Assembly (NCBI GenBank): GCA_019419525.1
Contig: DXZU01000026.1
Span: 3,740-67,739 of the forward strand
Reading direction: 5' to 3'
Length of the DNA stretch: 64,000 nt
Source: Collinsella sp.
Lineage (GTDB): Bacteria; Actinomycetota; Coriobacteriia; Coriobacteriales; Coriobacteriaceae
The number at the start of each line of letters is the position of its first letter. Position 1 is the first letter of the stretch. The position numbers were made by a program, and so were the translations under genes. Shown one piece after another: positions 1 to 9,178 of this stretch. The notes under the pieces are model-generated. The model searched no databases. It was not told the origin of the DNA and saw only the letters and a list, made by a program, of their open reading frames with translations.

Positions 1-1189
1 CGTTGGCGTCCAGGTGACCGACCCACTTGAACCTTACAGACCCGCTGTACCCAAAAAGCTCAAGAGCCTTCGTAAAATACTTCTCATCAGTGCGTCCTTC
101 GAGATAGACGGTTGGTTCATTCGAGGAGAAGTCTCGAATCGAGAAAGCATCCTTAACAGCGACCATGGAGTCGCACCAGTAATACTCCGGTTTGTCTTCG
201 ACCCTTAGTCCGCCGTCAGCAGTCCTTTTAAGAACAATGACCTTGTCATCCCTGCGACGGTCGTTATGGACGATAAACGGAGAGTGTGTCACGCAAAAGA
301 TCTGGGAAGTCTGTCGGCCCAGCGAGTCAGTGAACATAGCCTTGTAGTAGTCCATTACTTTCTGTTGCCACGTGGGGTGCAGACTTATCTCTGGTTCGTC
401 AATAAAGACGAACGCACCCTTCGTGGCATTTGCGTCCTTGAGAAGGAAGCACCCGCGGTAGACAATCTGTTTCTCACCGGAGCTGAGGGCGCCGATGGGC
501 ACCTCTCTACCATGCTTCTTGAATACAATTTCTTTGTGGCCATCCCTGTTGTCTACCCGGTCATAGCGAAGGTCGTCGAACATCGTCTCAAAAGCATGGG
601 TAAAGCGAGGCATGCGTTCCTCCACGCAAAGCTCGTCTAGGCACCGACCCGGATTGCTCCGAACCGCATAAGCAACATCAGCGTCGTCAAGGTCCTGCAC
701 GTCAATCAGGAGCTGGTTGATTTTAGTTGGCAAATCCCCGGATGACTTTCGGCTTTTAAATTCAGAATCGAGCGTCAGACTCGTTACGGTCGAAACCTGC
801 CCGGCACTGAAATTGATATCAACATCAGAGTAGATAGCACTCATTGGATGAGCGGCTTTAAACTCGTCCGATCCAACCCATCGTTTTCTGTCCGAGCCCT
901 CTTCTGCTGCGCGAACCATCGAATGGGTTCCTGATTTTTCAAAAGTAAAGACCAATGTCGCAACAGCTTCCGCCTCCTCGAACTCGACCTTAACAGACGC
1001 AAACGGCAAAGCATCAGAATTCCCTGACACGAGGTCGTACAGCAATCCCATAATCGTGCTTTTTCCAGCGCCATTTTCCCCGGCGAGAATCACAGTATCG
1101 ACCGCCCGGCCGTTTGGACCACAGAAGTCTAAGTTCAAGTCTCCCAAAATGGGATGCCCATTAATATGAACCTTCCGAATCTTTGGCAC
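1..1189 (-). CDS. ABC-type ATPase fused to a TOPRIM domain (OLD-family-like ATP-dependent nuclease), 3' end outside window
   Basis: Not in ORF track. Hand translation from GTG 1189 (AAGGAG RBS upstream) is open to the edge: MPKIRKVHINGHPILGDL, Walker A GENGAGKST, signature LSSGEKQ, Walker B VFIDEPEISLHP, H-loop THSPF, TOPRIM motif VYLEGRTDE. Confidence 0.85.
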   Translation of the reverse strand, partial: MPKIRKVHINGHPILGDLNLDFCGPNGRAVDTVILAGENGAGKSTIMGLLYDLVSGNSDALPFASVKVEFEEAEAVATLVFTFEKSGTHSMVRAAEEGSDRKRWVGSDEFKAAHPMSAIYSDVDINFSAGQVSTVTSLTLDSEFKSRKSSGDLPTKINQLLIDVQDLDDADVAYAVRSNPGRCLDELCVEERMPRFTHAFETMFDDLRYDRVDNRDGHKEIVFKKHGREVPIGALSSGEKQIVYRGCFLLKDANATKGAFVFIDEPEISLHPTWQQKVMDYYKAMFTDSLGRQTSQIFCVTHSPFIVHNDRRRDDKVIVLKRTADGGLRVEDKPEYYWCDSMVAVKDAFSIRDFSSNEPTVYLEGRTDEKYFTKALELFGYSGSVRFKWVGHLDAN

Positions 1190-1204
1190 TGAAAGTCTCC
1201 TTAT

Positions 1205-1455
1205 CCCGTAATTCTCTCGATACCACCTTGCGAACTAGCACAGCATGTCCACGATTAGGGTCGCCGGCTTGTAACCGAAATTACGCTCAAATGCGCTCGT
1301 ATCCGCTTAGGTTACGGGCACATCACCAAGCTGCATAGGCACGAGCCGCTTGTGGGCCTCGAAGTCGTAATCGACGGGCAGTATGCCCACCTCCACGAGT
1401 TCGCGGTACACCTTCCACGATATCATCAATGTAAGTGAAGTCACATTCACAGTGG
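1205..1455 (-). pseudogene. Remnant of NAD-dependent nucleotide-sugar epimerase (UDP-glucuronate 4-epimerase/CapI-like), C-terminal part
   Basis: Fragments DFTYIDDIVEGV and, in another frame after a deletion, YDFEAHKRLVPMQLGDVPVT*ADTSAFERNFGYKP..*FARWY with two in-frame stops. Confidence 0.75.
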
Positions 1456-1544
1456 CCGGTAGTGTTAAGAAAGTTGGCGTTGCGCCTGAACCGAAGCGAG
1501 TCAGCCCGGCGTCCCAGAACCTGAAATACGGTTGATACCCCATG

Positions 1545-2301
1545 CCGTCTCGGCCCTCATTGAGGAGCTGTGCGGAAGGCTGCTCGGCGGCTCGCCCGTG
1601 CCCTACGTTTGGCTTGACGCGACCTACGTCAAGCGCCGCCGCGAGGGGCGCGTGGGCGGTCCGCAGGAAGGCCAGCCACGAGTCGTCTACGACGGGGCTC
1701 GGCTGGAGGCGTAGGCCAGGAGGATGCTCAGGTCCGTTCTCGAGCGTGCGGACAGGGCGTCCAGGCTCGAGGCGATGGCGCTCAGCTGGTCCTTGGAAAG
1801 CCTGGACACGCCCATCTTCTCCGCGACGCGCTGTATCTTGCGGGTGCTGGTGCCGGTGGCGTACATCTCGGCCACGGCGGCCACGCGGGCGCGGTCGACG
1901 CGCTGGTAGCGCTCGATCACGTCCTCCGGGAAGGAGCTGCCGGAGCGCAGCTTGGGGATGCGCAGCGTGAGCGGGCCGACGCAGGTGGCGAGCGACCTCT
2001 CGCGATAGCCGTTTCGGCTGTTCGCACCGCCGCCGCACAGCCGATCGGCCTCGGCGTCCGTCACGGCGTTCACGACCTGCTCGTCGAGGCGCCTGATCAG
2101 CTCCTGCATGTCGATGGCGCCGTCGTCGAAACGGGGCATGGCGAGCATGTCCGGCGTAGGGTCTGATAAGATTTCCATAGCGGTCTTCGTCCTTTCCTAG
2201 AACCTGTTGTTGTGGTGATTTCAGATTCTAGGACGAAGGCCGTTTTTCGTTAAACGGACGCTAGGGTGCCGCCCTTACACCAACACTTTCGACGCGATCT
2301 C
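1545..2301 (-). mobile_element. IS256-family element, truncated and rearranged
   Basis: ORF 1687-2178 has Mutator transposase N-terminus (NSRNGYRER, LRIPKLR, EMYATGTSTRK); the PYVWLDATYVK segment is on the opposite strand at about 1556-1655; terminal repeat at 2274-2301. Confidence 0.85.
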
Positions 2302-2555
2302 GGCCTCCTCGTCCATGATGGCGTTGACCACCTGCTCGGCGAGCAGCCTGAGCAGCGACTGGATGTCGACCATCCTGTCGGTCGACCTCGGGATGGCGGC
2401 CTTATCCGGCATCGTGTCTGCTAATATCTCCATAGCGGTCCCTGTCCTTTCCCAGAACCTGTGTCATGTAGCAATTCCAGATTCTAGGACAGGGGCCGCT
2501 TGCGTTTGGCGGTCAGCCGTCGGCGCGCTTACACCAACATTTCCGACGCGATCTA
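2302..2555 (-). mobile_element. Second IS256-family left end with about 44 codons of transposase, interrupted by the first element
   Basis: End 2528-2555 matches 2274-2301 at 25 of 28 positions; ATG 2433 gives MEILADTMPDK...LAEQVVNAIMDEEA, paralogous to the ORF starting at 2178. Confidence 0.8.
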
Positions 2556-2674
2556 TATTTGCTTTAACACCTAATCCAGATTAGGCTCCCTGAGGTGGCA
2601 ATTGAAGAGGGGGACCGAAGAACGTACGTATATCTTTCAAAGCGTAATCAAAGGCTAATGGGACTTATTTAACC

Positions 2675-2714
2675 AAAAGAGGGTGTATCGGTTTACGCCG
2701 ATACACCCTCTTTT
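2675..2714. terminator. Bidirectional intrinsic terminator
   Basis: AAAAGAGGGTGTATCGG-tttacg-CCGATACACCCTCTTTT perfect inverted repeat downstream of the ugd remnant. Confidence 0.7.
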
Positions 2715-2767
2715 CAACAATTGGATTTATGCACAAGGACAGAGTCGTCGCAGCCGTCAGCTCTCCC

Positions 2768-3200
2768 CTAATCCCGCTTAAACAGATCCCTCGTATACAC
2801 CTTGTCCTCCACGTCCGCGAGCTCGTCGCTCCAGCGGTTGGCCACGATAACGTCACAGCCGGCCTTGAAGGCCTCCAGGTCGTGGGTCACCTCGGAGCCG
2901 AAGAACTCCGGCGCGTCCAGCGTGGGCTCGTAGACCACCACGGGCACGCCCTTGGCCTTAACGCGCTTCATGACGCCCTGGATGGAGCTCGCGCGGAAGC
3001 TGTCGGAGTTGGACTTCATCGTCTGGCGGTAGACGCCCACGACCGGCTTCGACTTGCCCTCGTACACGCGGTCCAAGACCATCTGCAGCGCCTCGTCTGC
3101 CATGAAGTCCTTGCGGGTACGGTTGGCCTCCACGATGGCCTCGATCAGGTTCTGGAGCCGTCACTATAGTTGGTGAGCGGCTGCTAAGTGTTCTTGGCAG
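2768..3200 (-). pseudogene. ugd: UDP-glucose 6-dehydrogenase C-terminal remnant
   Basis: [17 protein letters not shown]...[20 protein letters not shown]...DKVYTRDLF; upstream LPKNT*Q segment has a stop and a frameshift; NAD-binding N-terminus absent. Confidence 0.85.
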
Positions 3201-3435
3201 TCAGCAACAGTGGTGGATTCAAAACTTATCCTTTTGCAAATTATGGAATGCGTGACAGCATGCACTGTCGCGAATGACAATGGAAGTAGAGATTCCAAAG
3301 TAACTAGTTAATCTAATTGAGCTTATTTGATTAGGAAGGAATCGTCTCGAAAATTTCTTTAGCGCTTTTGCAATGATTAAGTTCCGTCATTTAAAGCTAG
3401 TAGCCGTTTAATCAATAGACAAAGGGAGAGAGAAA

Positions 3436-4053
3436 GTGTCCACACAAGAGAGCAATAGTACGCACGGACAAACAGCTTTAGGCTTTCTATTACTTACTGC
3501 CATCGTAATATTTATCGTATGGGCCCTTGCTTCATTATATAAACTGCTTTCGGGCTGGATCTCAGACTTCATCAAGGTACTTCCCACAATGGACGCTGCA
3601 ATTGTTGTGGCGCTAATCACTTCTTGCGTTTCGATTATTACAGTTGTTTGTGGTGCGATTCTTAAGGAATACCTTTCGTATCGATATAAAAAACTTGAGT
3701 TCCTTAGGGGTCGACGAGAAAAGCCCTACCGCAAGTTAATTGAAATTAATTTCAAAATGCTGCAGAAGACAAATTCAGGTGAAAAAAACTCGTCGGAAGA
3801 GATCATGGCTGATTTCTACGAGTTCGGACAAGAGCTGACGCTGTGGGGATCCGCAAAGGCAATTAAGCTATGGGATGACTGGAGGCTTGCCCCTAATAAG
3901 GGAAAGGCCGATGGCAAAGAGCTGCTTCTTTTAATGGAAAAAATCATTATTCAACTTCGAAAAGATATGGGGCAAGGTGGTCGCCTTGCCGAAGGCGATA
4001 TTTTGAAACTGTACATAAATGATTTTGACGAGGCAATGAAGAAGCCGCGATAG
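3436..4053 (+). CDS. Hypothetical membrane protein (two N-terminal hydrophobic segments, charged helical C-terminus)
   Basis: 205-aa ORF, GGGAG RBS before GTG, low GC, no family recognised. Confidence 0.7.
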   Translation: MSTQESNSTHGQTALGFLLLTAIVIFIVWALASLYKLLSGWISDFIKVLPTMDAAIVVALITSCVSIITVVCGAILKEYLSYRYKKLEFLRGRREKPYRKLIEINFKMLQKTNSGEKNSSEEIMADFYEFGQELTLWGSAKAIKLWDDWRLAPNKGKADGKELLLLMEKIIIQLRKDMGQGGRLAEGDILKLYINDFDEAMKKPR

Positions 4054-4317
4054 CTTAAATGCTCTCGGGGAAAAGCGACTGGCATTCGGCTTGTAATGTC
4101 GCACACCTAAAACAAGATAGTGAGTTGTCAGTCTGGATTTTCTTGCCTATTTAGACAATTTGTTATTAATTCAGCCCTAACGAAACCGGGATGCCTGGGA
4201 GTGCGTTTAATGGCATTGCCGATCGGTAACGTCTACCCGGGGGGGGACTGCGGCACTGATTCGCAATATAGGTGGTGCCGAAAGGGCCTCTGACTCGCCT
4301 TGGGGAGCCTTGATAGA

Positions 4318-4364
4318 ATTCAAGCCGTTGCCTTGTGAAATAACGAGCAGGCAACGGCTTGAAT
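4318..4364. terminator. Long stem-loop downstream of the polysaccharide operon, probable terminator
   Basis: ATTCAAGCCGTTGCCT...AGGCAACGGCTTGAAT 16-bp inverted repeat between convergent genes. Confidence 0.55.
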
Positions 4365-4411
4365 AGCGTTTGAAATTAAACAATTAGAGGCGATTATTGG
4401 CAGCAGAGCGC

Positions 4412-5596
4412 CTAGTACTTCCTCCACACCATCTTATCCACGACGCCGGTGTAGCTCTGGATGATCTTGACCACCTTGGTGGACACGGTCTCGTCGGCGT
4501 AATCGGGCACGGGAGCCTCGGGCAGCGACCCCTCCGCATCGAGCTCGACGGCGGTGCGGACGGCCTGGAGCAGGCCGCGCTCGCTGATGCCGGCCAGCGT
4601 GAAGCACGCCTTGTCCAGGGCCTCGGGGCGCTCGGTGGAGGTGCGGATGCACACCGCCGGGAACGGGTGCCCGACGCTCGCGAAGAAGCTGGACTCCTCG
4701 GGCAGCGTGCCGGAGTCGGAGACAACCGCGAAGGCGTTCATCTGCAGGCAGTTGTAGTCGTGGAAGCCCATGGGCTCGTGCATGCGCACGCGCGGGTCGA
4801 GCTCGAAGCCCGTGGCCTCCAGGCGCTTGCGGGAGCGCGGGTGGCAGGAGTACAGGATCGGCATGTCGTACTTCTCCGCGAGCGCGTTGATGGCGGTGAA
4901 CAGGCTCGTGAAGTTGGCCTCGGTGTCGATGTTCTCCTCGCGGTGGGCGGAGAGCAGCATGTAGCGCTTGGGCTCCAGGCCGAGCTCGGCCAGGACGTCG
5001 GAGGCCTCGATCTTGCCCAGGTTGGCGCGCAGGACCTCGGCCATGGGCGAGCCAGTGACGTAAGTGCGCTCCGGGGCGCAGCCGGTGTCCTTCAGGTAGC
5101 GACGAGCGTGCTCGGAGTAGGCCAGGTTGACGTCGGAGATCACGTCGACGATGCGTCGGTTGGTCTCCTCGGGCAGGCACTCGTCCTTGCAGCGGTTGCC
5201 CGCCTCCATGTGGAAGATGGGGATGTGAAGGCGCTTGGCAGCGATGGCGGACAGGCAGCTGTTGGTGTCGCCCAGGATGAGCAGCGCGTCGGGCTGGACC
5301 TGGACCATCAGCTTGTAGCTCGAGGCGATGATGTTGCCCACGGTCTCGCCCAGGTCGGCGCCCACGGCGTCCAGGTAGACGTCGGGGTCGGCGAGCTCCA
5401 GGTCGCGGAAGAAGATGCCGTTCAAGGTGTAGTCGTAGTTCTGCCCGGTGTGCGCCAACAGGCAGTCGAAGTGGCGGCGGCACTTCTTGATGACCTCGGA
5501 CAGGCGGATGACCTCGGGGCGTGTGCCCACGATGATCAGCAGCTTTAGACGGCCGTCGTTAGAAAAATTAACTTTAGAATTATCGTTACTCAACAT
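4412..5596 (-). CDS. fnlC: UDP-N-acetylhexosamine 2-epimerase, FnlC/WbjD/Cap5G type
   Basis: GTRPE, HTGQNYD, HMEAGNRC, PEETNRR, SDSGT motifs; same operon as fnlA and fnlB. Confidence 0.9.
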   Translation of the reverse strand: MLSNDNSKVNFSNDGRLKLLIIVGTRPEVIRLSEVIKKCRRHFDCLLAHTGQNYDYTLNGIFFRDLELADPDVYLDAVGADLGETVGNIIASSYKLMVQVQPDALLILGDTNSCLSAIAAKRLHIPIFHMEAGNRCKDECLPEETNRRIVDVISDVNLAYSEHARRYLKDTGCAPERTYVTGSPMAEVLRANLGKIEASDVLAELGLEPKRYMLLSAHREENIDTEANFTSLFTAINALAEKYDMPILYSCHPRSRKRLEATGFELDPRVRMHEPMGFHDYNCLQMNAFAVVSDSGTLPEESSFFASVGHPFPAVCIRTSTERPEALDKACFTLAGISERGLLQAVRTAVELDAEGSLPEAPVPDYADETVSTKVVKIIQSYTGVVDKMVWRKY

Positions 5597-5633
5597 GAGA
5601 GCCCCATTCTTTACAATTTGTTATAGCTGATAT

Positions 5634-6890
5634 TTAACGCGAATTCATGCTTTTAGCGGTTTTTTGATATCTTGCGATTACGGATAAGCGGTAGATAAAT
5701 ACCGACACCTCGGCAGCACTTGTCGCGAGGCACATTGTATAGACATTAAAATAATCAGTTACAACAAGAATGATAAGTGCAAGCAGCTGAACGCAGAGAC
5801 CAATAAAATTTGAAAAATTTGCCCTTGATGAAAGGCCTAGGGGGACAAGCACGGGAAAACAAATAACGTACGACGGGAATATCACCATTATTGCTGGAAG
5901 TAGACAGCGCACTATCATGCCGGCCTCTACATAGCTTGGTCCAAAAACAAATTCGCAAATTTGATTCGCATAGATATACAGCACTGCAGCCCCTACAACA
6001 ATAAAAGGAGTTGTAGTAAGCAATATTTTCTTAACAAGCCTGAAATCTTTGTTTTTAACCATATACGGATATAGGCTATCCGCAATAGGGGAAACGATTG
6101 ACTTAGAAACGGACAAGATTTTTTCTGAGGCAGAATAGAATCCAACAACTGGCAAGCCTGCGTAGAACATATTGAGAACAATTGGATTTGCTGTTGAGTA
6201 TACCGTGGAAGAAATGCGTGAAAAGAAAAACGGTAAAGAGTCCTTCGCAAGTAACTGCACCTCGATAACCGTGGGGCGGTGAAGATGTATGCCAAAGACT
6301 CTACGATCATACCTAAGACATACCGCTAGCGCCGTAACATTTCCAACTAACAGACAGATCGGAAGCGCTAAAACGTCACTGTCTGAGTGGAGAAATATAA
6401 ATGTGCACGCAGTTGCAAAAGCGCGTATCGCTACAGTCCTGAAGGTTATGACTTTCATGCGCTCAAGCCCTCGGTATAAATAATCAGGCAGCATCGCAGC
6501 AGCGACATAAGCTAAATAATAGAGAGCGTAGAGTAGGAAATATCGGCTATGGTATGGAGACGAGCAGCATGCTACCGCCAAACAACATCCACAGATAATA
6601 GCTGAAATGCCTTTTAGAGCGAAAACATTGCCATAAAGATGTGAAAGAAATACAGTATCTTCAGCATGCTGTGCGACTTTTGATGTTGCAGATAAAAGGA
6701 TTCCAAAATCTAGCACAAGCGACATAAACGTCATAACAGAAATGGCGACGCCAACGACACCATAAGTTTCCGGTGTAAGCACGCGTGTTTGATATGGAAT
6801 TGTGATCAGAGCGAGAACTTGAGATGAAAACGTTAAAATATACAGAAATAACGTATTTTTAAGAAGTTGCTTCTTGGAATTATCGATCAT
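5634..6890 (-). CDS. wzx: Wzx oligosaccharide flippase
   Basis: 418-aa polytopic membrane protein with PYQTRVL..YG, LDFG and GFYSASEK PST-flippase motifs. Confidence 0.85.
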   Translation of the reverse strand: MIDNSKKQLLKNTLFLYILTFSSQVLALITIPYQTRVLTPETYGVVGVAISVMTFMSLVLDFGILLSATSKVAQHAEDTVFLSHLYGNVFALKGISAIICGCCLAVACCSSPYHSRYFLLYALYYLAYVAAAMLPDYLYRGLERMKVITFRTVAIRAFATACTFIFLHSDSDVLALPICLLVGNVTALAVCLRYDRRVFGIHLHRPTVIEVQLLAKDSLPFFFSRISSTVYSTANPIVLNMFYAGLPVVGFYSASEKILSVSKSIVSPIADSLYPYMVKNKDFRLVKKILLTTTPFIVVGAAVLYIYANQICEFVFGPSYVEAGMIVRCLLPAIMVIFPSYVICFPVLVPLGLSSRANFSNFIGLCVQLLALIILVVTDYFNVYTMCLATSAAEVSVFIYRLSVIARYQKTAKSMNSR

Positions 6891-8076
6891 GAACTATTGC
6901 TTTCAATTTAATGAGACGTCCACGTACTACGTTGGGAACTAAATACTTAACGAGTCTTTTGAGTTTCTTTTTAATTGTACGAGAAGGTGTGACATCGGCA
7001 GCAACTGACGCGATGCCCGTCTCATGTATCCGCCTGTATACGTTGTCTCTCAAACCAGGTCGAACTACTGGATGTGAAAGCTGAGCATTCAATTGAATTT
7101 CCCGTTGATAATCAATAGGAACGAAGGTAAAAAGGCTCTCTACCTCTGACCAGAAATTTCTAGCCTTTTCAGTGTTTAAGGAAATTGAAGAAAGCTGAAC
7201 CCAGGGATAGAACTTTGGGTAGCAATTCGATGACGCGCAGTCGCCAATGGTCACATCACCAACGCGTTCAGAACTGGCGTATTTACACGTATAGCAGCTT
7301 TCCCTATTTGCTGACCCCGTAACAAACAGCGCCATATACGGATCGTCAAATTCATCTCGTCCTTTATATCGCAAACCGGGCGCATTAATATCAACTGAAA
7401 AAGTCGTTCTCGCAGAGACGTCTTTCCTTCTGAATGTAATGCTTTGAGCTGGTTTTCCACCAGTAATTGACTCGACATGGTCTTCCCATACCCTCGGAGA
7501 AGGTACTCCATGACAAATCAAATCCATCGTAATCAGATTGTCATATGCTTTTCCCAAATATGAAATCAAGCCAGCAACCTGACAAGGACATCCTGAGAAT
7601 AAGACCCTTCTACCAGATTTAAGACATTTTTCAATTTGACAATATATTCCCTGACAATCGCTTTGAACGTACTTTGATTTCTGAAGAAACGAAATTTCAT
7701 TTGAGTTAGTTATAAGTCGATGATAAACGTGCCCAGTTGAATCAACCGCTGCTCCGACTACGATTCCTCCATGATCGACAACATAGCGTGCGCACGTGGA
7801 AAATACACCGCCCGAACTGCTCTCATTTCTCAGCTGATGGTCATTAGAAAATGCTGCATACATATTTGAAATTGGGCGCAACGTGCAGCGATTAACAGCA
7901 GGGCATACTCTGAGGCATTTACCACAAGCAAGACACGATACACCGTTTATCGAGGGATAAACAAAGCCTTCCGCATCTGGGACCATAGAGATTGAATCGA
8001 CAGGACATGCATCGGAACATGCAGCACAGCCAGTGCATGCTCTACCCACGCATGAAATATCCTGATTACTAGTCAT
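6880..8076 (-). CDS. Ferredoxin domain plus F420-hydrogenase beta subunit (FrhB/FdhB)-like Fe-S protein
   Basis: Two CxxCxxCxxxCP motifs, SSSGG, SKYVQS, SGCPCQ, DLICHGVPS, RESCYTC. Confidence 0.88.
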   Translation of the reverse strand: MTSNQDISCVGRACTGCAACSDACPVDSISMVPDAEGFVYPSINGVSCLACGKCLRVCPAVNRCTLRPISNMYAAFSNDHQLRNESSSGGVFSTCARYVVDHGGIVVGAAVDSTGHVYHRLITNSNEISFLQKSKYVQSDCQGIYCQIEKCLKSGRRVLFSGCPCQVAGLISYLGKAYDNLITMDLICHGVPSPRVWEDHVESITGGKPAQSITFRRKDVSARTTFSVDINAPGLRYKGRDEFDDPYMALFVTGSANRESCYTCKYASSERVGDVTIGDCASSNCYPKFYPWVQLSSISLNTEKARNFWSEVESLFTFVPIDYQREIQLNAQLSHPVVRPGLRDNVYRRIHETGIASVAADVTPSRTIKKKLKRLVKYLVPNVVRGRLIKLKAIVHDR

Positions 8077-9178
8077 TTAAGGCACCCTTAATCCACGCCA
8101 TGCATCGAGAGCGCTCCTCGCAAAGGGCTGATTCAGCATAGCTATAGTCTAAATCGATACTAGGAAGCTCACATGCACTTTCAGCCAGCATGCGATTATC
8201 CATTCCAACTAAATTAAGCAAATCAACAATTCGGGCACGATTACCTCGAATAGGTTCCATAGCGACGAACGGCTTACCCATATTCACTGAAAACGCCGTT
8301 CCGTGAAATGAATCAGTAATCACATATTGAGCGTGATCAATAAGCCAAACAAATTCCTCTGGGGTCATACCCAATAGGAGCCTATCGAAAACCTTGTCCT
8401 TAAAGGTATTGTTGCTAAGTCGCCAAAGAGGCAGTCCCGAATCTATTGAGAAACGCTTCCAAAGTTCCATTTCTTTATCGGTTCTGCTCGCGAGATTGAA
8501 AACCAGAATGTATCGTTCATTCCCTTTAAATCCTTCGGGCTTTTGGGAAAAAGCACGCCAATATTCACGATCAAGAAGTAAAGTTGGATCGAGACACCTG
8601 AATACTGGCTTCTCCGTCAACGGCGCGATTTGCTCTACTGCATGAGCTTCTCGCACGCTTATCGCATCGAATTTAGTAAGGTACTCTCGAATTTCTTGTT
8701 GCTCTATCTCGTTATAGATATGACTGCCGAGACTCGAAGCAAGTGAAAGACGGCGAGTTGCTTTGCCGAATTGAAGAAAGAAAGCGGGCTCAATGCCGCC
8801 GGTAATAAAAGGATTCCAAACCTGATCGCTGCCGACGATTAGCGCATCAGCTTCAATATCAGCCATTTGAGCACACGAAGTATACACCCGTTCCGTTCGA
8901 GGGAGCCTCGAATGGAATTTTTTAAAAGCGCGCGCATGCAGCTTTGCACGCTGGAAAATGATATTTTTGGCCGCTGCTATAAGGCCAGCTTTAAAATCAC
9001 CATCCTTGATGAGCTGGAAAGGAGTCTCATTTCCTTTTCGCTCATAAGGATTAATGAAATTGAGAATCTCCGCCTTGCAACCAACATTCTTAAGTGCTTC
9101 TAGAGTTGCAAATGCTTGCAAACATGCGCCATAGCTCCACGTCATGTGAAAGGTCAGCAGATAGTTGTTATTCGACAT
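8069..9178 (-). CDS. Polysaccharide pyruvyl transferase family protein
   Basis: YGACLQA, VGSDQVWN, SVRE, DPTLL, TDSFHG motifs. Confidence 0.88.
   Translation of the reverse strand: MSNNNYLLTFHMTWSYGACLQAFATLEALKNVGCKAEILNFINPYERKGNETPFQLIKDGDFKAGLIAAAKNIIFQRAKLHARAFKKFHSRLPRTERVYTSCAQMADIEADALIVGSDQVWNPFITGGIEPAFFLQFGKATRRLSLASSLGSHIYNEIEQQEIREYLTKFDAISVREAHAVEQIAPLTEKPVFRCLDPTLLLDREYWRAFSQKPEGFKGNERYILVFNLASRTDKEMELWKRFSIDSGLPLWRLSNNTFKDKVFDRLLLGMTPEEFVWLIDHAQYVITDSFHGTAFSVNMGKPFVAMEPIRGNRARIVDLLNLVGMDNRMLAESACELPSIDLDYSYAESALCEERSRCMAWIKGALND

Noticed and set aside
14..1074. Small ORFs 14-208, 266-640 and 841-1074
   Set aside because: They overlap the ATPase-TOPRIM frame, which has the recognisable motifs
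1200..1530. Possible retron msr/msd upstream of the ATPase-TOPRIM gene
   Set aside because: Mostly explained by the epimerase remnant; no reverse transcriptase in the window and no bracketing a1/a2 repeats seen
1307..2038. 243-aa minus-strand ORF
   Set aside because: Chimera of off-frame IS256 sequence and the epimerase remnant
4239..4246. Intergenic G8 run
   Set aside because: Lies between convergent gene ends with no evident promoter or ORF to switch
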